Assembly: GCA_964016885.1 (NCBI GenBank)
Contig: OZ024744.1
Coordinates: 56,234,001 to 56,298,000, forward strand
From: Eledone cirrhosa
Taxonomy: Eukaryota
DNA length: 64,000 nt
Direction: 5' to 3'
Part shown: one piece after another, positions 1 through 10,796 of the stretch
How positions within the stretch are numbered: the stretch's first letter is position 1
Layout: each line of letters opens with the position of its first letter
Notes under the pieces: generated by a model
What the model saw: only the letters and a program-made list of their open reading frames with translations
The model's database searches: none
Told to the model about the DNA's origin: nothing
Translations under genes and position numbers: made by a program

Positions 1-354
1 AAAATCAAATCCATTTTTCTCTAGGATGCACGATTTCAGAGCCTTTCGGTGACATACACACATACATATATTCACAAATACATAGTAGATATAATTATTT
101 TCATAGCCTCTAAATGCCTTGTGAAATTATGGAAACTTCCTCAGAGAGGCACAGGTCTGAGCAAAGAATTTTTGTGGAAGACCAACAGTTGCTTGTGCTT
201 GAGAATCTCTCCTCTCCGTGCTACTGATGTGTTCAAAGGAAAAGCAATAGCTATTACGGCTTGAAAATAGTGTCTTCACAGACAATTACAAATGGCAAAC
301 GACCTCATGCCTGACACTAAAAGTCGCAACAATCCACCAGCTTAAAGTGGCACA

Positions 355-540
355 ACGGTGGATTGGTAGTATTGTTAGGGGGTTGGACGCCATGCTTTGC
401 AGCATAGAGTTACAGCCCTTTACGGTATGAGTTCAAATTCCGTTCAAATTACCTTTCATCCTTACGTTGTCGATAAAATAATGTACCAGTAATGCACTTG
501 GATAATTGCTGGCCTTGTGCAAAATGTAGAAACAATTATT
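355..540 (+). mobile_element. tRNA-derived SINE (family S1), diverged full-length copy
   Basis: Matches the consensus seen many times in this window: GGTGGATTGG head, GAGTTCAAAT B-box-like motif, CCTTTCATCCTTAC..GTCGATAAAATA..GTACCAG body, AGAAACAATTATT end. Confidence 0.85.
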
Positions 541-1269
541 TAGTGACCCCCACACAAGAAGGATGGAAGGTATAGTTGACTATGTTGGAATTTGAACTCA
601 GAGCATAGAGCCAGCATACCTTAACTTGAGATAAATTCTCTCTATATATATGTGTGTGTATGCATATAAAAAGAAAGACAGAGAGAATGAGATTAACGGA
701 ACCAACAATAACTACTTTGAAAAGTGTACAACAGTTATATAACTCGTTTTGTTTCCTTGTGGTATTTTAAGAGTTACTCCCCTTTTAACATAACCGCTAG
801 CTCTGTCACTGCCGGCATAATGTTTTGTTTGTTGTTATTTGTTACTTTTTATGTATCGCTCATAGTCAGCCTATTGCTCGTTGATTTGCTCGATGGCATG
901 TAGAAGAACATCGATTGTTTTATGTCCACTAAGTCCAACAAGTTTAATTCTGCTATGGTTATCATATAAACATACAGAAACAAACTTGATCAGTGGGTAA
1001 AATATAATAGACGATTAAAGAGAGGGAGAGAACGAGTGTGTGTGTGTGAGGGGGAGGGCGCTATCAAGGAAGCCTATACCTGCTAGAAATAGTTATTGAA
1101 TTTCCCTCAAATAACGTCTTCGTTGTCGTCGGCCTATCCCTTTTTAAAGAGACGGTGGAATTCCTTTCTTTCCTGACTTTTTCTTCTCCCTATTCTCTTT
1201 CTTCCTCATCCCAACGTCCTTATTATGCTGGTACATCATATGAGTAGTCATTCAAACGAGTAGGTTGTT

Positions 1270-1590
1270 GTTATTGTTGTTGTTGGAACTCTGTCGGTTC
1301 TGATTACATGTGTCCCAGTAGTACAAACAAAAGGAACAACCTACTCGTGAAATTAAAATGCAAATGGCTGAATATTCTACAGACATGTGTACCTTTAACA
1401 TAGTTTTCAAGAAGATTCTGAGTGACAGTGTGTGATAAGGCTGGTCCTTTCATTTACAGGTAGAATTAACTTATTTTTGCCAGCTGAGTGAACTGTGACA
1501 ACGTGAAATAGTGTCTTGTTCAAGGATATAATTAACACTAGAAATGGAACGCCCAACCATACAATTGTGAGCTGAACACCCTAACCTTTA
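1270..1590 (-). mobile_element. CORE-type tRNA SINE (family S2), decayed
   Basis: The minus strand reads GGTTAGGGTGTTCAGCTC..TCCTTGAACAAGACACT (CORE-like) followed by CAGCTGGCAAAAATAAG and CAGCCATTTGCA. Homologous segments occur at ~52620-52810 (+) and ~55185-55310 (-). Confidence 0.6.
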
Positions 1591-1944
1591 TACCAAACCA
1601 CAGAATAAATCTTCCACTCTCTTATCTAATTATGGAAACATACTGCATTCCAGGATGCATTTGTTAGTTGGTCCCTAAATCGCCCCTGATTGAACAGACA
1701 TTACACATTGGCAAATTGTAAGTCTATAACAGTATTATCAAGTATCGCAAATTTACTAAATGTAAAAAGGTTGATTTCATTGATATCGAGCTCATATAAA
1801 TCCTGGGTAGATGTTATAGCGATGGTAAGAGTAGTTTCTTAGGAGCAATGGTGATGGGGTACGTTCATATGCTGGCAGGCAAGCTTATTCCAGTTCCTCT
1901 TGTAGACAATCCTCACGGTCTTTTGTTATCACTGTTAAGAGATT

Positions 1945-2775
1945 CAGTTTCCTAAGGTCAGTCTTCACCACTTCATTCCATGTATTCCTTGGTCTACCTT
2001 TTCCATGTTAACCATCCAGTAAAATTTCTCTGAATTTTATTATATATCTGTTATCTTCCAAGCAAGTCCAGGATTTTAAGTATCTTGGGTCCTGGATCAT
2101 GGACTCTGGAAAGGATTTTGCCACCAGAAAAGCCCAAGCATGGTCAGCTTGCAACAAGATGGATTTAGTTTGGGGCTCAAATCTTTCCAACCACACGAAA
2201 ATCAGACTCTTTCAAGGAACAATTCAACCAATCTTACAATATGGAAGTGAAACATGGACACTTTCATCCAAACAACAAAAGCGCCTTGATGGCACCTACA
2301 CTGGCCTACTTCAACACATTCAGAACATAAGCTGGTGACATCTGACTTTGAAAGAGATATATGCCAGATTCCCATGCATATCAGTCGTTTATGTAAAAGG
2401 AAAGTAAGATTTGCTGGCTACAGCCATCATGCCACCTCTGAGGCTGTGTCCCCGTTAGTGCTCTGGAAACCACAAGCAGTCATTAATAACAGGAAACACA
2501 AACTCTCCTATCCCGATGTTATCTCCAGAGATACTGGTATTGAAATCCAGAGCTTGGCAACGGCAATGAATGACAGACCCAAGTGGAGATCAATTGTTGA
2601 GTTGATTTTGGCTGAGGCCGCCGGTATGTATGTTATCTTCCATATGTTTCACATGTCCATACCTTCACATTCTTCTCTTTTGCTGACTGCATCAGACCTC
2701 TCTTATGCAGAGTTGTTTTTTCTCACATTGCTTATGCTGTCATTCATGCATACTAAAATTACACATCCACATTCA
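1945..2775 (-). mobile_element. RTE-clade LINE 3' ORF remnant, split by a nested insertion
   Basis: 1945-2060 and 2631-2775 are collinear with the 'YGHV..MEDN...GRPRxTW.EVVKTDLR' region of the RTE copies at 36.9 kb and 45.6 kb. Confidence 0.7.
2061..2630 (+). mobile_element. 5'-truncated RTE-like LINE (second family) with 12-bp TSD
   Basis: Frameshifted RT C-terminus (DFKYLGSWI, KAQAWSAC, KIRLF, YGSETWTL, RFAG) with a (TATG) tail, flanked by TGTTATCTTCCA at 2049-2060 and 2631-2642. Confidence 0.85.
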
Positions 2776-2796
2776 CTGCTCACTTCATTTCATTTA

Positions 2797-2950
2797 GTGA
2801 AGGCGCATGGTTTAGTGGTTAGAGCATTGGGCTTGCAATCGAAAGGTTGTGAGTTCGATTCTCGGACTGGGTGATGTGTTGTGTCCTTGAGCAAGACACT
2901 TTATATTTCACATTGCTCCAGTTTACTCAGCTGTAGAAATGAGTTGCAAT
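2797..2950 (+). mobile_element. tRNA-derived CORE-type SINE head
   Basis: A-box-like TGGTTTAGTGG and B-box GAGTTCGATTC, then the CORE-like GTGTTGTGTCCTTGAGCAAGACACTT. Confidence 0.75.
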
Positions 2951-4164
2951 CCTACCAAATCAATGGGTAGCAGTAGTTCCAGCTGCACGCATTGAAAGAC
3001 TGGTGTAGTGGTTCTGAGAACATTGTGGTTTGCAGATGATCAATGCAAATTAACGATGGAAAGGTGCTCCTGCTCGAGTTAAAAGAGAACTATTGACCTT
3101 CAGGAGAAGCAGCAACCCCTGATTGTATTAAACAACCGAAACAAATATGAAGTACACCAAATCCAATGCTCCTAGGGGCAGCCCTGGTTCTTCTTATTTG
3201 CAAGTGTAAACTCAGCCAGATTTCATTTCTTTCTAGTTATTGCATGTCTTCTGCAGTCAAGCCTCATGTTACACTGCCATGTAACATTGGGGTGTATAAA
3301 TGATTTAATATAATGTATACGCTCTTTTTAACTCATTGAGCTTTAAATGCTCTAGTCATAAAGTTGATTTCTCAACTAGACAAATTTGTTATGATGGACT
3401 AGGGGGGGGGGGAGTGTTACCAGTATGACTACTTTACAGGATAGACTAGGTGCTTATTTGTCACGTCACCAACATAACCACTTTACCAGGTTGACTGGGT
3501 GCTTATTTGTTGTGTTGTTAGCATGACCACCTTACAGGTAGGACTGAGAACTTTTAACCATTTCAGCAGCATTGTGGGAGAACATGTGCAGCTTTCCAAG
3601 CTTGTATGCATGAGTTGGACAGGAGAGGTAGGTATATCAGATGTTTCAATACACTTTAAGAATTTGACTAAAGAACTACAATTAAGGAGGGAAGGGCAGT
3701 ACCGAAAACCCTTTATTTTTTTCAGAGCTATTGAGATTGGTAGAAAGAAAGGAAATTTATCTTCAAACTAAAGAGACCTGATCTGAATGCTTGCATCAAA
3801 GTGAATTTTGTTAAAGGTAGCCAACTGACCAGGTGGTGGATTTTAACTAGGTGAGAACTTGGAACATGAAAAGCCATAACAATTACTGCAAGGTATTTTG
3901 TCTAATGCCCTACCAATTCTGCCAGCTCCTAGACTGGTATTTTATGGACTCTGAAAGTAAATTTGTATGTGCATGTGTGTGTGTATGTGAAAATGTGATA
4001 GATGTAAGTGATAGCAGAGATTTTATAATAATCATCATTTTACATCAGTTTTCCATGCTGGCATGGGTTGGATGGATTATTATAGTCCAAAACAAGAGAT
4101 GGCTGAATAACTATACCTTGCTCATATATGACCCTTTATATTCTGTGTTCAAATTCTGCCATGG

Positions 4165-4287
4165 TTAGCTTTCCCTTTCATCCTTATGAGGTCACTAAAA
4201 TAAAGTACCAGTAATGCATTGGTGTTGATTTAATCAACTTCTTCCCCTAGAATTGTTGGCCTTGTACCTTAATCAGAAACCGTTATT
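4165..4287 (+). mobile_element. SINE S1-related 3' fragment (longer subfamily)
   Basis: CCTTTCATCCTTA..AAAATAAAGTACCAGTAATGCA..TGGCCTTGT..AGAAAC. Confidence 0.7.
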
Positions 4288-5818
4288 TCTTTGGCTGGAT
4301 GTTTTCTCTAATGTCAATTCTGTAGTAATTATTATACTAAGAAGTCGCTGGCCTTTTAAAAATATTTCATGGCTTATAGAATTTTTTAAAAAATGAAAAA
4401 ATAAAACTCATGTAAGTAAAGAATGAATTTTATTAGAATTAAGTGAATAAATTGCCTACTGAAGAAATACTGATTTTATAGAGAAAACTTGGAAAAAAAA
4501 CACATCATAAGCAAAAACTCCCCAAAAATTTTAAATAGCTGAGTTAAAATTTACATATCTTATTTCATCTCAGCTGATCTTCCGATTGAACCAGGGAAAA
4601 AAATTCATGCCAGATGTCTTATTCCACCATCACCGGTCATATTTATATTATAGTTTTCAGTCTAATATTATTAAGTTATGTCAATAAAGTTAGTGGTTTA
4701 TTTCCCATGATTAACCTGCTAATGTATTAACCCATAACATCCTGTAATGATTTACCAGAAAATATTTAAAAACAGATTCGTCAATGAAATGTTTACAGTA
4801 TCTTTACTAGTGGACATGCCATTAGGAAAATTTGCTGTATTAGAGTAAAGACTTTGATTTTTAATGTGATACAGTCATAGTACTGTTTTGTACTTTTTAA
4901 GGATTTCTTGTTAATACAGTTTCATGTGATACGTGATACAGGATATTATGAGTCAAATTTTAACTGTAAGAATGAATCAATAAATTTACAAAAGCAATAA
5001 GAAAAAGAGTCACAAATGGAAAAAGAAAAAAGAAAATAACAACAAAGAAAGGAAACTGTGAGTTATTTATTGAAAGAATAAAATGAAATAAAATATCAAT
5101 TGTAAGTAAATCATTGTTTTTTTTTTTTTTTTTTTTTTTGTTTTTTTTTTTAGAGAGAGAAAGATGAGTGACATTTTGAAGAATTTAGAAGTTGAAAGAA
5201 TGGTAAATGCCACTCATATATAACCAATAGGTAAAAAGAACCTCACCGGGAACAGTAAATTTTCAATAACGAAGAAATCAGGAATCCAGAAAAGGAAAAT
5301 GGGAGAAGCTGCTGCACCGGGTACATAAAGTTAAAGAGGGGGGAGGAGAGAGAGGGGGAAAACAATTTTTTTTTAAAGTGGCAGATGGTGGGTTGGTGTG
5401 AAATTCAACAGATTATTATTATTATTGTTGTTGTTGTTGAAAGAATACTACAGAAAATAAAGTGAGGTGGAGGGTTGGGGGAATATTTTTTAACATTTAT
5501 ATAGCAGGCCAAAACATACCATTTAATCTGGTTCCAGTAAGATCAACAAGTATAAGTTTGTTTTGTGAAAGAAAGGATAGTGTTGTTTGAACTAAAGCTT
5601 TTATTAAGGAAATGATTTTGAAAGGTTGGTGTGACATTTCTCAGAGTCAAGGAAAAAAAAAAAAAAGAATGGTGTTTGTTCCCAGGTGAATGAAATGATT
5701 TTTGGTTTGGTAGAAACAAAAGAGTTACTGTACCATTCCATTGAGGCTAACTGAATATTTTCTTTCTATTTGCTAGAATATATTCTCCTTCTAAAGTTGA
5801 TAAAACAGTGTTGGCTCT

Positions 5819-6300
5819 CTAAAGCTAACATAACAGTGTTTGATAGAATGATGTTGACCCTCTAAAGCTAACAGAAGAGTATTTGATAGAATATATGTTG
5901 GCTGTCTAAGATTAACACAACAATGTTTGATAGAACGGTGTTGATTGTATAAGATTAAGATAACAGTGTTTGATAGAATGGTGTTGGCTGTCTAAAGCTA
6001 ACACAGCAGTGTTTGATAGAATGATGTTGGCTACCTAAAGCTAACACAACAGTGTTTGATAGAATAATATTGGCTACCTAAAGCTAACACAGCAGTGTTT
6101 GATAGAATGATATTGGCCCTCTAAGGTTAACACAATAGTGTTTGATCAAAAGATGGTTGTCTAAGGTTAACAGAACAATGTTTGATAGAATGGTGTTGGC
6201 CTTCTAAAGTTAACAGTGTTTGATAGAATGGTGTTGGCCCTGTAAGGTTAACAGAACAATGTTTGATAGAATGGTGTTGGCTCTGTAAGGTTAACAGAAG
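5819..6300. repeat. 43-bp minisatellite, ~11-12 diverged units
   Basis: The unit CTAAAGCTAACACAGCAGTGTTTGATAGAATGATGTTGGCTAC recurs in tandem. Confidence 0.92.
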
Positions 6301-6741
6301 AGTACAGATAATAAAGCTTGTGTCATTCCACTGAGGTTAATAAAAATGGTGCTTTGGGAGAGAGAGAGAGAGATGAGGTCAAAGGGAACATAACATTACC
6401 CAGAGCTATTTTTTTTAATATATAGGAAAAAATTATAATTATCCTTTGAAGGTTTAATATAATAGTTTTGTTTCCGTCTTAAAAAGAAAAAGAAAAAATA
6501 CTGTGATTTATTTGAGGTTAACATTGTTTTCTTCTTTCTTTTTTTTGATAGATAAAATGTAATAAATGTTGTAATTTAAAAAAAGAATTTTGAAAGAATT
6601 TTTTAAATCAAGTAATTTAAAATAAAAACCAAAAATATATAAATAAATTTTAAATAAACAACAACAAAACATTAAACATTTGGCTGGATAAATTGATATA
6701 CATACAAACAGAGTAAAGAAACATAAGTGCATTAGAACATT

Positions 6742-6743
6742 AT

Positions 6744-6784
<41 letters not shown>

Positions 6785-6893
6785 TAGATATATATATAGT
6801 ATTTGTAATGTTAGTGCTTTGAACAAAGTAAATAGTACTCAATATATATATATAAACATATATATATAAACATATATATATAAACATACAATA

Positions 6894-6929
<36 letters not shown>

Positions 6930-6930
6930 T
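6742..6930. repeat. (CA)n/(TA)n compound microsatellite
   Basis: Direct reading. Confidence 0.9.
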
Positions 6931-6982
6931 ATTGTATGTTTGTATAATAAAGTACATATAATGTGCATCTAAAAAAAATAAT

Positions 6983-7155
6983 AATTGTTTCTACTTTTGG
7001 CACAAGGCCAGCATTAGTGGTACTTTATTTTATCGACCCCGTAAGGATGAAAGGCAAAGTTAACCTCGGCGGGATTTGAACTCAGAATGGCAAGGGACGT
7101 AAGTCTATGCTTCAAAGCATGGCATCCGACCCTCTACTGATACTGCCAATCCACC
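6983..7155 (-). mobile_element. SINE S1 copy
   Basis: Reverse complement of the S1 consensus with a small internal deletion and an (ATT)n tail. Confidence 0.9.
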
Positions 7156-10081
7156 AATCTAAAAACAATAATAATAAGCACTGAATAGTCATATGTGGAG
7201 CATTTCAGTGATATTCGAGGAAGGCTAAATATAAATTGTGTAAATAACTGCACCATATCCACATTTCTAAGAATAATTCCAGCAGTTACAAAAAAGAAAA
7301 ACACCCACTACCACCACCATCACCACTTCTACCTCCACCTCCACAGCCACCACCATATTGACTGTATCATTTGCTTTCAACAATCTAAGTTGCTGCTACT
7401 AGCATTAATTATAATAATTATACACAGCAGATACGTACTACATAAAAAATATAACTGTCTGGGATCTTTTGTAGTGTGGTGGGAGAATGGGGAGATTTAA
7501 GGTTGACAATGTTTTTTGTTGATAATGACAAAAAATATTTATTAGAACCGAGTTAAAAAAATCTTTAAACTCATATTTCTGATGACTTTCTCCATCAAAG
7601 TAATAGAATGGGAATAGAGAAAGTGTAAAACAAAAAAAAACAAAAAACAAAAAAAAACAAAAAAAAAGAGAAAATGGATGGCATAATTGGTGACAGAAAA
7701 GTAAAAAGTCTTCATGGTACTAAAATATTTAAATAACCTCTAAATACTTTAACAGAACTTCCTAAAATTGGCATCAAAGACTTTGTTTGAATTTGCATTG
7801 TTTTGTTAATAACAACTATCCTGTCCAGAACTTCAGTCATGTCAGATAGGGTGAAAAATAGTTGTTTTTTGCATGTGTGTGTGTGTGTGTAGGTGGCAGG
7901 GGAGAGGGGGGTATGATTAAAGACATTGCAGTTCAAAATACTGAACCATCAGAAATTCTTAATATATTACTTAGAATTAATGTCTGCAAGGAATTATTAG
8001 TTCTATTTACAATCAGCCAAGTTCTTGTGTAAACTGATGCCATGTTTTCAAACCAGGCAATCTTTTTTTTTTTTCTTTTGGTCCAGGCACTTCTACCGGG
8101 AAGGTATCATAAGGAAGAGGAAGTTAGTGATTTACATCAAGGTTTGAGGCCTACAGTAATGCCATGTGGATATGGAGTGAGTCTGTGTTTCCATCAATCC
8201 ACCACTGATGTAGTTGTGTGGTAGAGAGATAAAATTAGTGATTTACATCAAAGTGTGAGACCTGTAGTAGTGTCTGTGTAACCTATAATAGGGAGATAAA
8301 GTTGACAATGTACACCAAGTGAGGTAATAGTAGTATCATGATGTGGAATGTGTCTGTGACTCTCTTGTAATATTTTGGCTCTGAAGTCCAAGCACTTGCT
8401 GTTATAAGTTGACAGAACTAACTGGTTAATTGGCATTCTTATCAAGAGACCAAATTATTTTACTCCAGAAAACAAGATTAAGTTGTCCAATTTCAAGTAA
8501 AGGTGAAAAATTAGTCATTTATATTACTTTTTACAAAGTTGATGGTTTTTTTTTTTTATCATTTAATCAAAAGGTAAGGCAGTGCCCATGACTCTTTTCA
8601 AGACCTCTGTGATAGATGAGCAGGAGAAGGCAAGGTATCCTCAAACAAGATACCTGGCTTGAATGGTTGCACCAGAATGGACTCCGCTAAAGGCACCCAA
8701 GAGCCATGTAATGGTTTTAAACTGGGCAACTATTGACATCTACCATCAACGTAGGCTATGACAAAATTTGAACTTAGAACATAATGAGCCAAAACAAATG
8801 CTACAAATCATTCCGTCTAAGGTTATAAAGATTCCTATTAGTTCACTTTCATAGATTAGTACTTTATTAACCCCATAAGAATGAAAGGCAAAGTTGAAAT
8901 GTACAGGATTTTAACTCAGAACATAAGAGATTTGGATTAAACATCAAGCATGTTGCCCAATGCTCTAATGTTTCTGCCAATTCTTTGCCTTGATAAGCTG
9001 GAGCAAGATTGCTATAAAATTAAATTGAAAGTTTTCTACATGATGTTTCTATTCTAAGACCAAGTGTCTGTTATGTTAGTTTCACCTTATTAGTAGGTTA
9101 ACTTTATTTAAACACACAAAGGGAAGTAGCCAAAGGTTATAGGCGCGGGGGGGGGGGGGGTTATTTAAAAAATAAAAGAAAGAATAAACAGAAAGTAAGT
9201 GGGAATATAGGTCAAAGAAACTGAATGAGGCTAGAAAATAAATTACATCTTACAAAGTAATTAATTACAGAGAATTAACTAAAAACATTTTTTAAAACCT
9301 CATAATAAATACCATATTTTTCAGTGTATAAGGTAAACTTTTTAACTTAAATCTACTTGCACCTTAACACTAAGTAGAAATTGTAAATAATACTATAGCC
9401 CCTCCACACACACTCACAACATTTTTCTTAGATAAAAGGGTGTGTTATATATCCCACCTCTATCACAACATGACAAATATTTGACAAATGAAATTAATAT
9501 TGTTTATATTCCAATTTCCTATGTACTTTGTCAAAATTATTTATTGATTAGGAAAAAAAGTCAAGAATTTTAATCTGCACCAGATAACCATACAGGAGCA
9601 TTTGCTGATGCCATAAATTATGAAGTTAAAAAAAAAAATGAAGGACTGTGACCACAACAGCTCCTTCAAACTATAACTGGATGTTTAGAGTTCAGAAAAA
9701 AAAACTTTCAAAATAACAAACAAAGAATAACAAAATATTGTTGCAAAATACAACTAAATAAAAATAAAATTCCAAAGATGCAAAGTAATTAAAAAATAAA
9801 TTTCTACATGTAAATTTACATTTAGGTAAATTCTGGAGAATCTTTTTCTTAAATTTCTTAAAAAATATAAAAATCTAAATAAACTTCAATATAAGGCATG
9901 ATAATTTCACAATCCTTGAAATATTGTCAAGCTGTTGTTAAAAGCAGCATATTCTGGAGGTTTTTTTTAAATAAAAGGATTATTACAACTAACAGAGAAA
10001 CATAGAAAATGTTTAGTAAATTGGTATTAATGTGATTTTATTTGGTTTGAAGAATCTATTAACTGCTATATAGTAAAATAA

Positions 10082-10297
10082 TAATGGTTTCTGATTTTGG
10101 CACAAGGCCAGCAATATTTGGGGAAAAACGGAAAGTCAATTATATCAACCCCAGTGCTTGACTGGTACTTTATTTTATCCACCTCTGAAGGATGAAAGGC
10201 AAAGTTGACCTTGGCGGGATTTGAACTCTGAACGTAAAGAGGTAAAACAAATACTGTCAAGTATTTGTTTGATGCTCTAATGCCTATGCCAATCCAC
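10082..10297 (-). mobile_element. SINE S1-related copy (longer subfamily)
   Basis: Same head and body as S1 with a ~30-bp longer 3' part. Confidence 0.8.
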
Positions 10298-10314
10298 AAC
10301 CCTCAATATAGTAA

Positions 10315-10315
<1 letters not shown>

Positions 10316-10373
<58 letters not shown>

Positions 10374-10386
10374 TATAATAATAATA
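10316..10386. repeat. (TAA)n microsatellite
   Basis: Direct reading. Confidence 0.95.
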
Positions 10387-10387
10387 A

Positions 10388-10770
10388 AAAAACATTTGAA
10401 AAATTGAGCAAGTATAAGGACCTGGAGATAGAAATTGGAAAAATGTGGAAATTGAGAACTAAAACAATACCAGTGGTTGTAGGTGTTCTAGGAATGATAC
10501 CTAAGGGGTCTAATGATTACTTATCCCAAATCCCAGGAAACCTGCATATAGGAGAAATACAAAAGATAGTACTAATGGGAACTGCCCATATACTAAGGAA
10601 GATTCTGTCAATATAAGTACATCACAAGTCATCACAAGTACATCACCTAAAGATGCATGTGTTTGTATGTGTGTTCTTTCTTGAACATGGCAGACCTTGT
10701 TGTCTCTTGAGCGCACTGGTTGTGAATTGATGATAACTCGTATGAACATAAAGCAAGATAAATGCAACTG
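10388..10770 (+). mobile_element. R4/Dong-like RLE non-LTR retrotransposon, short 3' copy
   Basis: EKLSKYKDLEIEI..IPVVVGVLG..IQKIVLMGTAHILRKILSI* plus 3' UTR. Nearly identical to 12610-12984 and flanked on both sides by (TAA)n. Confidence 0.85.
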
Positions 10771-10796
10771 TAATAATAATAATAATAATAATAATA

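Noticed and set aside
49-264. 71-aa ORF at the window start
   Set aside because: Starts in a CA/TA-rich tract at a non-ATG codon and has no recognisable motif.
2797-2875. tRNA gene
   Set aside because: A and B boxes are present but no convincing cloverleaf forms, and the sequence continues into a CORE-type SINE body.
5240-5325. Pre-miRNA of the miR-36 family
   Set aside because: The two CACCGGG words are direct repeats, and no hairpin pairs the putative mature arm.
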